Origin: Cenarchaeum sp.
Lineage (GTDB): Archaea; Thermoproteota; Nitrososphaeria; Nitrososphaerales; Nitrosopumilaceae
Reading direction: 5' to 3'
DNA: 64,000 nt
NCBI GenBank assembly: GCA_965212015.1
Contig: OZ243037.1
Location: 768,001 to 832,000 of the forward strand
A model generated the notes under the pieces. That model saw nothing but the letters and a program-made list of their open reading frames with translations. It had not been told where the DNA came from and ran no database searches. Numbering within the stretch: position 1 is the stretch's first letter; each line of letters starts with the position of its first letter. Positions 52,301 through 60,065 of this stretch are shown here, one piece after another. Both the position numbers and the translations under genes were made by a program.

Positions 52301-52322
52301 CGACTAGCAGAGTCTTTTGCAT
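46311..52322 (-). CDS. Giant (2003 aa) secreted adhesin-like protein: Ig-like repeats, beta-propeller, cadherin-like domains and a C-terminal domain
   Basis: Signal peptide; repeated TFSE.V..F...DI...YTF...GTI.VSIP..AV.D..GN.N.AS; propeller blades (IEFS..G.RMF.L); DPDGDTL.Y and DPEGD motifs. Confidence 0.85.
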   Translation of the reverse strand: MQKTLLVAALLLPLLAMIPVLAHGQAPTITAEITGVAIIDGETINVRTNSGVDANMAIITFTFSESVTGFTAADIQRASVLGNSQFQPLTGSGAVYTFPIIVNQGQSDQVSARLDRANVFDLAGNPRIVNATAYTISFSPAPVPTISSTTVDHRGATDADIIQLNVRFSEHISDLKDNDISVTSTAPAGTHRASGFSSGTSGTSFNFRVESGLVDGTIRVQMPANRVIDLNKVGNVASNVYIATFGPQDNEPPTVLLSADVANNTGTIADRVRFTATFSEVIPEGLFTQEDIVLSSTAPAGTHTVSAPVASGTDRTTYTFDVPRNDAEGTITVSIPAGAVTDFAGNDNTASTAHQVSFGVRPVVITANVGDNDITTMDTVTFTATFRTPIRPDTFEIDDIIVDSTAPPGTHRATVLAGSGDTYTFDVLRNNVDGTIMVSIPEDSIVHTDDFINEASNVYNVIFNTGQPISAFLTDTTPADANGKATFTVLFGDAVTGFGLDDIIVDSDMGTHVPSNLVQVSGNTYTFDVLRGATDATITVSIQAGAVMAGARTNSASNDHSFDLELNLVFDYVLAELEPRTIGVSEDIDFTHTGNRMFILNGGDLDRIHRYTLGSDNLFDISEAPDSADQTYDITRDTAPRAIEFSDTARRMFMLGTTTDSVYELTLMSPFILTPPLDLSFTFPLSAATTGAQGLEFSRDGTHMYVIDSGGDGGRIYGFSLGTGFDLASGNADEFVTSPALQRLQRSLAINDDGTIMYVLAATHLYAYTFGVAYDVSTLSLEASQQLTDNPARGMAFSSDFETLHVVGFFADNAVSEFTLNSEPVLGPATLSIAESSNVNTLSPIPGSDPDGDTLAYRISGNPGWLSIDGNTGQLSGLVPQDNSPNFRNTDTPARCDLDGSVTFTVTVSDDGFDTDDTDDVSRVYTITITNTARINNSSPAVVDGEGIQLFLGAEQLDLSVYSTDSDGDTLTYFDITANDNTVFDGDSIRIDRNTGVATFTSLNAVGEAIIRYMVCDGSVFSELAVSTITPAPLEIIPDQTINEGQTLDSLNLNITSDTASPLFNVTQISIEGDIVPIFAKNSSIPISQEPLPELLPGDPDLNGTSPGGGSLSPDDLQRAFLISSIEELGNNDPRLDARIDKADQQILDGVPSDEQIDPYTITHTIPDDFVDAGLAQSPPATISYTYVLENGDTFAGIFDLVVNRTDDAPVSTLPTSYVLNPTDDTMVINLAEHFTDPEGDNILYNVTNPNPGIANVTLVAGMLSIDPVSSGTTNIRLCAESVAPGITNAVYCESFLVAVRDATTRSDIFLESSVTVYYSNTAQSVTLDASDLAIDPAIQFERLIITADNAAATGEIQINRTGNLINSARILTNSSGEISYNPESAEDDESESVTFTAVLHDLVQDSRITSEEEILISVDTVPLLHDDITVNYVLRFVDAAPNALVGRNDLPPRHTTDIYSIPIDDLFEDPDNSRPGGLDVTITNIANPGALNAVIIDDILRVTPRSDSRNAGSSVTFALDDGTNTVRTSDLTFRFRVNTDEAAPAGFPQRPVTTYLLPPQFAQFEINLAELFVNDTRDGTDPADNTFIDDIEILNVDLPELSDGAADTSKINATFDNNIFEIAPGTNFAPEVITFDIFLAGTTQFVNEGGSTNTPEYRAMRLFQDYRLAFVPMVALASAPSDSGGGDDDTQWKTKPTFGKSYTTGQKIVDCGYSMDNICRDVTDYHVDYKRNTIETDSFHNFALTAYAQNGLRSFNIGFGLPGIGSPLNAAEAQINVNLIRDYSLDSTYMIDSVEYSNENRVIGEDAIFEVSRVQCLPADNNELCVRLSIYGVLFRETLYDEPFAINALDSKRRGTTHYMNEGLLVYGDSLNAPPTHELSERHSNQGDAVKLHLTRTDKLADVWTDQLGHQWTKNAFGTWSYVDAPPVDMSSACTDEDNRACDAFAEKRDAHIRQMEALRDFYYGGIYTVPAFDDLEKTVSIHNADGDSREAFLVLHGMQDP

Positions 52323-52329
52323 ATACCGT

Positions 52330-52354
52330 CCCCCCCCCCCGATTGCTTATAAAA
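52330..52354 (-). promoter_or_regulatory. TATA box (TTTTATAA, 52354-52347) followed by a G11 homopolymer upstream of the giant gene
   Basis: Minus strand reads TTTTATAAGCAATC-G11-ACGGTAT-ATG. Confidence 0.7.
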
Positions 52355-52734
52355 GTATACAGCAATAATTTTCAGTAACCGGTTAGGTTCTCTGCCTGCG
52401 GATCCAAACATACCTCTTGGACCTAACCTGTTACCAAGGCAGGTGATCGGTCAGGTCGGATATGCCGGAATATCCTGATCGTCGGCATGCGGATTCTGAG
52501 CAGAATCATGGTACGGGGTGGTCTGAACAGGACGATCCCGCATATGGCCCGATCCGCATCCGTTCCCCGAACGGCCGCGTTTTTGCATCATGGCCGTTGG
52601 GCGCAGATATAACTGCGTGTCAGGCCCGGAATTTTTTCTGGCGAAAGTGCCTGTTTGTATGTGTGCCATCCCGAAATCTGTTAGCCCTTTACCGGACATT
52701 CTTTTGGCTGGCCGTCATCAACTGTTGTCTCTAG

Positions 52735-52815
52735 GTATGAGGTCACGTCCTACTGTAATTAGGCGTGAATTTCGTATCACAAGATGTCTTTTAGGCAGGA
52801 CAAGTGGCCTCGTAC
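52735..52815. mobile_element. 81-bp MITE-like element
   Basis: Imperfect TIRs gtatgaggtcac / gtggcctcgtac (10/12) flanked by the 8-bp direct repeat gtctctag (52727-52734 and 52816-52823). Confidence 0.8.
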
Positions 52816-52990
52816 GTCTCTAGGGCACCTTGCACTTAAATTCCCGGACAGGCATCTCCGGTGCAGCACGTAATTGGACATGGACGGTCGGATGCCATTC
52901 CACCTGCAGACTAGCTCGTGTATGTCCCTGTCTGTTTTTGCTTTTGCCGGAATTACCGGAGCATTTCCAGATTGCCTACAGGTTTGGTTT

Positions 52991-54235
52991 TCAGGCAGCC
53001 GGTGACTCTAGCGTTATTTCACCAGAGGATGCGTCATAGGCGCCGTAAAGCATCCACTGCCCGTCGTAAACCGCATACATTTCATAGTCTCCGGCGGCCA
53101 GATCACCGTATTCGTTGAGCACTATTTGGCCGAGGGCACCGTCATGGCTTGCGGCAATATCCGGAAGCGTGTCTGCTATTGCGGCCGCATCCGTGGACTG
53201 GGTGGAAAGAATCGCCAGGCCCAAAAGCCAGAGCGCGTCATAGGAGGAATAGACAAAGTTGTTCGGGACGGATCCCGTAGCATCCAGCAGATGATCATGC
53301 ACGTACCGGTACTTTTCATTTTTGGCCGCCGCAAACTGCGTGGCGGTAAACTGTACGTCGGATGCAAACTGCGAGGATATTCTGTCAGACGTTATCGTGC
53401 CGTCGTTGGATGAGGCATCAGAGCCAAACCACCTCACGTCGCGCAACACCTCGTACGAGGCAGCCGAGTTGAAAAGATGCACCACCTCTGCAAAGCCTAT
53501 CGCCAGCACGGCAATCTCTTCGGTGGGATACTCTGATGCGTACCGGGCCACCCTGTCAGAGAGCAGCGACGACTCTGTCGAAAAGACGGCTGTGTCAGGC
53601 AGGTATCGGATGCCCTCGTCCATCGTGCCAAATTCGGCAAAAGAGTCATTGACGGATTCGTACAGTCCGTCGCCCCATACATCGCCCCTATACACCGGAA
53701 TTACGACGCCGATGCCCTGCTGCGCCAGCAGTTCCGCAATCACCCTGCCCTGGTTCGTGTCATCGGGTATCAGCCGGAATATGTTGTCTGCCACCGAAAG
53801 CTTGGGCGACACGGATGACGGGCTTATCAGCAGCATTCCGTTAGAGTCCGCATACGGCTTTATGTGGTGCAGCTCGGCGCTTGTCTCTGCGCCCACAACA
53901 AGCTTTATCCCCTTTGAGTTCAGGGACTGTATTTTTTCTAGCGCCACGACGGGATCTGTCTGCGTGTCCTCCACTACCAGATCCATCCTCCACGGGGCGC
54001 CAATTGACTCGAGGTGATCATTAAAGTCGCCTAGCGCAAGCCGTGTGGCAATGACGTTATCTGACCCGTGACTTGACCAGTCGCCGGTGGCAGGAAGCAT
54101 CGCGCCAATCTCCACCACATCGGGAAGCAGGCGCGCCTGCGGGTCTTGCGGCACTGCCCCGTACTGCAAAACAAGCCCTGTTGCGACTGCGGCAATGATT
54201 CCGCCTGCCACAAGGGCGATGCTGCGCCTCTCCAA
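52991..54235 (-). CDS. Type-1 periplasmic binding protein (LivK/branched-chain amino acid ABC substrate-binding family)
   Basis: IGAMLPATGD, VEDTQTDP, LISPSS, IFRL.PDD and YSSYDA motifs; N-terminal anchor. Confidence 0.88.
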   Translation of the reverse strand: MERRSIALVAGGIIAAVATGLVLQYGAVPQDPQARLLPDVVEIGAMLPATGDWSSHGSDNVIATRLALGDFNDHLESIGAPWRMDLVVEDTQTDPVVALEKIQSLNSKGIKLVVGAETSAELHHIKPYADSNGMLLISPSSVSPKLSVADNIFRLIPDDTNQGRVIAELLAQQGIGVVIPVYRGDVWGDGLYESVNDSFAEFGTMDEGIRYLPDTAVFSTESSLLSDRVARYASEYPTEEIAVLAIGFAEVVHLFNSAASYEVLRDVRWFGSDASSNDGTITSDRISSQFASDVQFTATQFAAAKNEKYRYVHDHLLDATGSVPNNFVYSSYDALWLLGLAILSTQSTDAAAIADTLPDIAASHDGALGQIVLNEYGDLAAGDYEMYAVYDGQWMLYGAYDASSGEITLESPAA

Positions 54236-54292
54236 CAGAAAAGGCCGTAGCTCGTCGCTATTTAATTATTGGGCACGTCTGTCCGTAATAGG

Positions 54293-54502
54293 TTAGGTAG
54301 TCCCTGGCAATTCCCGCAGCTTTTCTGCCCTGTTCAGGCCCTGCCTGCGCCAGCTCAGAAAGCACGCCAACAGTACGCCAAACATCCCCTGTCTGCCGTT
54401 GCGATCCTCATCCGAGTATTCCGGTGAATCACCGCCCTGCGCACCATCCTTTCGGATTCGTTGTTTGTCTGCCCCATCCCGGGGTGTCCTTTCCGCACTC
54501 AC
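54293..54502 (-). CDS. Small hypothetical protein
   Basis: Start overlaps the stop of the upstream gene. Confidence 0.35.
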   Translation of the reverse strand: MSAERTPRDGADKQRIRKDGAQGGDSPEYSDEDRNGRQGMFGVLLACFLSWRRQGLNRAEKLRELPGTT

Positions 54503-56667
54503 TGCAGCTTAATCGAGGTGGTGGCCAGATTGTCGTGCGAGTCAGTGGCATTGACGTAATACGTGCCGGGCCCCATCACGTTGGGTATAATCCACACGAA
54601 CACAAACTCGCCTTTCTGGGTGCTGCGCACGTTTTGCTCCTCCAATACCTCGCCTTCGATGTACACCACGATATTGACGTTGGCACCCGCCGTCGCACCG
54701 GAGCCAGAAATCCTGACAGAGTCGCCGCCGGATAGCGGCTTTGTAGTCGGTATGTGGATTTCAATGCCCTCGTTTTCCTGCGTCGTCACTGTAATCGGGA
54801 CGCTGCTGGGCTTTCCCCCGCTCTTTGCGATGACCTCCCACTGGCCGATGGCCGCATCATTTGGAATCCTAAAGGACGTGTCAGATATGATCCCCTTTGT
54901 GTCCGTGAACGTCTCTTTGGACTTTGACGTTTTCCCGTCGGGATCCACCAGCGACAGGGTAAGCAGGGTGTTTTTTTTCGAGTTGCCCAGTATCAGGATG
55001 GAATCGCCGGGCATATAGCTAGTCTTTGTGGTCTGAAAGCTGATCGAATCCTTGGTCGTGCTGAGGCCCACAGTGAAGACCTTTTGCACCTGCATGTTGC
55101 CCTTTGTGACTACGGCGGTGTATATCCCCGACTTGTAGCCGTTCAGGCCAAGCTCGTATGCGGCCTGCCCCCCCGTTCCCAGCGAGAGCGGTATCAAAAA
55201 GTTCTTTCCGGATGCGTCCAGCGAGATTACGGCCTCGGATTTTGTGAGCGGGATCTGCGTGTCCTCGCCCTTTACTAGCGTCAGCGACAGCATGGAAGAA
55301 GACGGGCCCATGATCGTCAGGTGCACCGTGTCGCTTGTCTTGTAGTTTTTCTTGTCCGTCTGCACTATTAGCTGCGTCTGTGGAAACTCGCCCAGGCCCA
55401 CAAGGAACGTGACTGTGCTGTCCTGCTGCGTGGCAAACAGTATGTATGTGCCCTCCGGATCCGAGGGCTGCGTGGAGAACTCGATCTCTACTATTCCAGA
55501 CGGACCCACCTCTAGGACGTCTGAGTACACCTCGATCTGCCGGGGGTTTTCGACTACAATGTCCAGCGTCTCATCCGGGATGGCAGTCCCGTTAAACCGG
55601 ATCGTCTCTCCTGCCTCAAACTTTAGTTTTGCCGGCTCGAACTGGATCCTGTGGGATGACTCTATCATCCATGTCCTCGACTCTGTGCCGTACCCGTCAG
55701 TTATCTCTGCCGTATACTCTCCAAACAGCGCATTTTGCGGTATCGTGGCCTTGTGAGACCACATGCCGTCCTGATCAATCTGTGCCAGATCCGTCGTTAT
55801 TATCTCCCCGTTTGGGGCAGTGATGGTAGCAGTGATGAATCCGCCCGGTGTCCCCGTGCCGTCAAGCGAGATGGTGCTGCCAATGTACACCGTGTCTGGA
55901 AAGCCGCGTATCTCCAGCTTGCCTGCCGCCACTTTTTCTGTTTTTTCTGGCACGTCCCTTAGCGTGAGTCCGTATGTTTTTTCATTGTCCCGCATGTCGC
56001 GTATGGCAAACTCAATTTTGCCGGCCTTTTTGTCGTCGGGTATTTTTGAGGTAAATATGAAAGAGCCAGAGCCGTCGGACTCGAACGAGTCTGACTTTGC
56101 GCCGTCCACATAGAAATCAAACTCTTGATCTGCCCGGAACTGCTCGCCGACTATCCTCACAGTGGAGCCGGCGTTGATTTTTTCTGGGACCAGCCTGAAC
56201 GTGGAGCCGGACAGGACGCCGTCCTGTACTTTTGGTTCGGGCTCGTCACTGTCCGTAGGCTTTGCGTCTGGCAGCACCTTGCCTGTCTGAATTACGGCCC
56301 CCTGCCCGTCGACGGCCTCCCAGTTTATGCCGGGCTTTTCCACGTCGGTCTTTACGCCAAAGCTGACAGTCTCGCCGGGCCTTAGCGGCTGTACGGTGGT
56401 AAATGTCAAGAGCCCTTGCGGGGACTTTTCGCCCCGCCATACTTTTTCTGTCTTGAATGACTGGAACAAGTCGTCGCCGCCGAGCCACAGCCGGATGATC
56501 TCTACGTTCTGGCTCCCAGAGTTTTCAAACTGTATGACGGTGGTCTTGTCAAACACCGTGCTGCTTACCACGATCGACTCGGCCCCCGCGCCCCCCATGC
56601 CAAGCAGGAGCACGGACGATATCAGTGCAGCCGAGATTGCCGCCGCCTTTCTGTCAAGCATGTCCAT
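54499..56667 (-). CDS. Secreted multi-Ig-domain surface protein of a conserved thaumarchaeal type
   Basis: Signal peptide; repeated beta-rich T.K..Y..GD.I.I.G modules. Confidence 0.75.
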   Translation of the reverse strand: MDMLDRKAAAISAALISSVLLLGMGGAGAESIVVSSTVFDKTTVIQFENSGSQNVEIIRLWLGGDDLFQSFKTEKVWRGEKSPQGLLTFTTVQPLRPGETVSFGVKTDVEKPGINWEAVDGQGAVIQTGKVLPDAKPTDSDEPEPKVQDGVLSGSTFRLVPEKINAGSTVRIVGEQFRADQEFDFYVDGAKSDSFESDGSGSFIFTSKIPDDKKAGKIEFAIRDMRDNEKTYGLTLRDVPEKTEKVAAGKLEIRGFPDTVYIGSTISLDGTGTPGGFITATITAPNGEIITTDLAQIDQDGMWSHKATIPQNALFGEYTAEITDGYGTESRTWMIESSHRIQFEPAKLKFEAGETIRFNGTAIPDETLDIVVENPRQIEVYSDVLEVGPSGIVEIEFSTQPSDPEGTYILFATQQDSTVTFLVGLGEFPQTQLIVQTDKKNYKTSDTVHLTIMGPSSSMLSLTLVKGEDTQIPLTKSEAVISLDASGKNFLIPLSLGTGGQAAYELGLNGYKSGIYTAVVTKGNMQVQKVFTVGLSTTKDSISFQTTKTSYMPGDSILILGNSKKNTLLTLSLVDPDGKTSKSKETFTDTKGIISDTSFRIPNDAAIGQWEVIAKSGGKPSSVPITVTTQENEGIEIHIPTTKPLSGGDSVRISGSGATAGANVNIVVYIEGEVLEEQNVRSTQKGEFVFVWIIPNVMGPGTYYVNATDSHDNLATTSIKLQ

Positions 56668-56736
56668 ACCCGCTTAGCTGCTTTGCTATTTTATCATTCG
56701 GGGGGTTTTGTGAGTAATACACTTTAACTACCCACA

Positions 56737-58839
56737 TTAGACTTTGGCCTTTGGCATCCTGTCGCCGTCGGCCTTTGCGTTCTGGTACTGCCTGATGCGC
56801 TCGGCGACTAGCCGGTATAGCGACCTAAACCTGTCCTTTGACCTGTCAGTAAGAAAATCCGTCTCGCCCAGGGTTATCTTTTCGCAGATGTACCGGGTAA
56901 TCTCCTCGTTCTCAAACCTCCCCCAGGCGTCCCTGTGATCCGCCCATATCGCATCAAGGTTATCTAGCACCCCGGCGTGGCCCTTGGCTGCCACGTCATC
57001 GCCGGTAAGGCTCGTGTATCCCTCCCGCCTTAGCTTGATCTCGTATGTCTGGTTTACTGCGTGCAGATAGTCCTCTAGCACCATATAGTCCTCGATTGAC
57101 TGCATGGGCTTGCCCTCCCTTTCAAAGAATATCGTCTGGGCCTTGGAGAACTCGTTGGCCACCAGCTGGCCGGAGATCCTTTTTGACTCCTCGCTGTTGT
57201 CTAGCAGCACGAACGTCCTGTATCCGTGGTTGCGGTAGAATATGGCCAGCGGCAGCACAGAGTTCTTGCTGAACGCCGCCACCACGTTGAGCGGGTTCAT
57301 CGATATGTTCGGATCCTGGAGAAACTTGTCAAAGGCATTGAGGTACATGCTGTCTGACATTGTCTCGACAATTATTATCGGCCTCGAGTTTGTCCCAATC
57401 TCCCTGTCCACTATGGACTGTACCAGTCCCTTTGAGAGGCCGTACAGTATGGGCGTGAGCGTCTTGTCGTCTGCGTTCCAATAGTCGTAAAATATCCTGC
57501 TGAGGTGCTTCTTTTTGTCCAGCTCCACCACTAGCAGGTTCCCCGGGGTATAGTCGAATATCATGAATGGCGAGTGCGTCGCATAAAGCACCTGGTTTAA
57601 TCCGGCGAGATTCTTTAGCAGATCAGAGATTCCCTCCTGCTGCGTCGGATGCAGGTTGCGCGCAGGCTCGTCTAGCAGCAGTATGGCCTCCTTTAGCTCC
57701 GCTCGCTGCGTCTCTGCGGCAAAGTTTACGATAAACGAGAACGTCCACTTGAATCCCTCTGCCCTTCTGTTTAGCAGGCCGTTGTTAGTCATCGTCCCGT
57801 CCCGGTGTATGTCCGATATCACGACGCTCATGATGTTTCCCGGCTGGTATCTCAGGTCGACGTGTATCGGATCCCCCTTCCACGCAGGATTAAGCCTGCT
57901 GGTAAGCTTGTTGCTGGCAGTACTGAGAAACTTTATCAGCTTTGACGGGCTGTCGTGGAGGTTTTCCATCTCGCCGATGTCAAGCTCTGCAAGATAAAAC
58001 AGGTTCCTTACGGTCTCTGCACGGTCAAACTCCTCGACGTACTCTATGCTGTCTGCCGCCCTTTTCGTTTTGGTATACTCGTTAAGGTTGATGTTGCCAT
58101 AGATTTTCTTGTAATCCGAAAAATAGACAAACCTCGGGTGCAGGTTGTCCTCGATAAAGTTTCCCAGCGCCACCCTGTCGGTGGTGCCAGAGAGCAGCCT
58201 TGAGAACTGGCTTTCCGGCCTGGCATAGATTTTTTCCCATTCGGCGACCACGCCGGGCTCCTCGCCGGCCTGCACGTGAATCTGGTTGCTAAAGCCGGCC
58301 ATTCCGGCGTCAAAATCCCTCTGGTTTTTGGGCGGCGCGGATTCAAAAAAGCCGGCGTCTAGCTGTATTCTGATGTGGTTTGGAATGGAGTCCAGAAATC
58401 CCAGTATGCCGTCCCTGAAATTCTCCCACGAGTTTATGGTCTTGTTTTCCTCCTCGCTTATCTGCAGCTCCCCGAAATCGTACTGGGTGCTTGGCGTCTT
58501 GTTGCTCCGGAATATCCGCATTTTCTTGATCTCCGGAACGCCGGGGAACTTTTCCCTTATCATCTGCGTTTCAAGCTGGTTTAGCTCAAACTCGCCCTCT
58601 ATGATTCGCACCTCGTTTTTTAGCTCCTCGAACATTTCATCGCAGAGATCCAGCTCCGAGACGTATTCGTCCTTGTTTAGCAGCGTCAGCGCCTGCAGGA
58701 TGGTAGTCTTGCCGCTCTCGTTTCGCCCGACAAACGCGGCCAGGTCGCCGACTGATATCTCGCCTGAGTCGTGGATGCAGCGGTATGCCCTGACCCGGAA
58801 CTTTCGTAGCCTCATGTATTGTCTGATTTTAATCGCCAA
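56737..58839 (-). CDS. OLD-family-like ABC ATPase with a C-terminal TOPRIM-like domain
   Basis: GRNESGKTT, LLLDEP..NLHP, ATHSPF, IIVETMSD and LLDNS motifs. Confidence 0.8.
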   Translation of the reverse strand: MAIKIRQYMRLRKFRVRAYRCIHDSGEISVGDLAAFVGRNESGKTTILQALTLLNKDEYVSELDLCDEMFEELKNEVRIIEGEFELNQLETQMIREKFPGVPEIKKMRIFRSNKTPSTQYDFGELQISEEENKTINSWENFRDGILGFLDSIPNHIRIQLDAGFFESAPPKNQRDFDAGMAGFSNQIHVQAGEEPGVVAEWEKIYARPESQFSRLLSGTTDRVALGNFIEDNLHPRFVYFSDYKKIYGNINLNEYTKTKRAADSIEYVEEFDRAETVRNLFYLAELDIGEMENLHDSPSKLIKFLSTASNKLTSRLNPAWKGDPIHVDLRYQPGNIMSVVISDIHRDGTMTNNGLLNRRAEGFKWTFSFIVNFAAETQRAELKEAILLLDEPARNLHPTQQEGISDLLKNLAGLNQVLYATHSPFMIFDYTPGNLLVVELDKKKHLSRIFYDYWNADDKTLTPILYGLSKGLVQSIVDREIGTNSRPIIIVETMSDSMYLNAFDKFLQDPNISMNPLNVVAAFSKNSVLPLAIFYRNHGYRTFVLLDNSEESKRISGQLVANEFSKAQTIFFEREGKPMQSIEDYMVLEDYLHAVNQTYEIKLRREGYTSLTGDDVAAKGHAGVLDNLDAIWADHRDAWGRFENEEITRYICEKITLGETDFLTDRSKDRFRSLYRLVAERIRQYQNAKADGDRMPKAKV

Positions 58840-59033
58840 GATTTAACTTATACGACAGTATCATAAACAATCAAGCCGTTGCTAAAATTGATCAACGAAA
58901 CGCGGCGCGATCAGTCCGGCCCCAGTTGCGCACAGGTGCCGCCATCTGGGCAGTTTATTAGTGCGGGACTGCACGGCATGAATCATGTACGGATGCAGGC
59001 CGCAGGCCTCAGAACCGCGCACCGCCAGGAGAC

Positions 59034-59114
59034 ATGTCAGTCCAGGGATTCGTCCTGATTAGCTGCACTGCGCTGATTGTGGGCCTGAGCATCGCCCTTG
59101 CCGTTCTTTCATGA
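59034..59114 (+). CDS. Putative 26-aa single-TM microprotein
   Basis: MSVQGFVLISCTALIVGLSIALAVLS* preceded by AGGAG. Confidence 0.35.
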   Translation: MSVQGFVLISCTALIVGLSIALAVLS

Positions 59115-59119
59115 CCATG

Positions 59120-59515
59120 CTATTCCAGGTCGTGTTTTTTTATGATCATGTGTATTCCCGGCTCCCCCACTGCGCCTATCATCTTGTCGGCCATCCTGCC
59201 ACCCTTGAACAGGATAAAAGTCGGAATGGACTGCACCTGAAACCTCTGGGCTATTGGCTGCGACAGGTCCACGTTCAGCCTGGCAAAGCGGATTCGGCCG
59301 TATTTTTTGGCCATCCTCTCAAATACCGGGTGCATCATCTTGCACGGGCCGCACCATTCGGCCCAGAAATCCACCAGCACCGCGTCGTTGCCGCCAATTA
59401 TTCCATCAAAGCTGTCCGTGTCAGCTTCTAGTACGCCCCGCTGCTGCGCCCTGTGGGCATCCATCATCCCCCGGAGTTTCTTTTCCTTTATCTTCCGGAG
59501 TGCGTCATCATCCAT
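59120..59515 (-). CDS. trxA: Thioredoxin
   Basis: DFWAEWCGPC and SIPT motifs. Confidence 0.95.
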   Translation of the reverse strand: MDDDALRKIKEKKLRGMMDAHRAQQRGVLEADTDSFDGIIGGNDAVLVDFWAEWCGPCKMMHPVFERMAKKYGRIRFARLNVDLSQPIAQRFQVQSIPTFILFKGGRMADKMIGAVGEPGIHMIIKKHDLE

Positions 59516-59601
59516 GTACAGTGCAGCGCGCCGGATTATTTAACTTGAGGGATAAATCTTGCAATGCCGGTACGGGACCGGGCCGCGCACTCTCGCGCCT
59601 G

Positions 59602-60018
59602 CTACAAATCCAGCAGAAACCTGAGCCTTACCCCGTCGGACTCGTCGACTTGCATCTCGTGAAACGTGGGCGCCTTTATCTCGACTTTAAAGCCGTGCCT
59701 TTTTAGATCGATCGGCTCGCCGTATGCAGTCGCCTCCACGCAATACGCAGAGTCCCTTTCCACCCTGGCGCTCATGCGCGCTATCGCAAAGCCTTCTGTG
59801 ATCATACAGTATATCACCGCCTCAAGCCAGTCAAAGAGCAGGTGGCTGAGATCCTCGGCGGACGCCGTTATCTTGCGGCTCTGTACGTCTAGCACAGAGC
59901 CCGAATCAAGCGTAATGTCTGCCACTGCCTGTCCTGCAACGGAGAATGCCTCATCAAGACTTGCGGCCCTGACTTCGACTATGGCGTCAGTCGCATGATC
60001 CAGTATTCGGTAGCTCAC
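59602..60018 (-). CDS. Archease
   Basis: LDHATD...EIKAPTFH...FLLDL signature. Confidence 0.93.
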   Translation of the reverse strand: MSYRILDHATDAIVEVRAASLDEAFSVAGQAVADITLDSGSVLDVQSRKITASAEDLSHLLFDWLEAVIYCMITEGFAIARMSARVERDSAYCVEATAYGEPIDLKRHGFKVEIKAPTFHEMQVDESDGVRLRFLLDL

Positions 60019-60065
60019 ATGCGGGAATCGCCATACAGGCTATTAATGGATAGCGTGGTCTGGCC

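Noticed and set aside
52380-52990. RNase P or SRP RNA in the long intergenic region
   Set aside because: No conserved RNase P (GAGGAAAGUCC) or SRP helix-8 motifs were seen; the main hairpin is better explained as a MITE.
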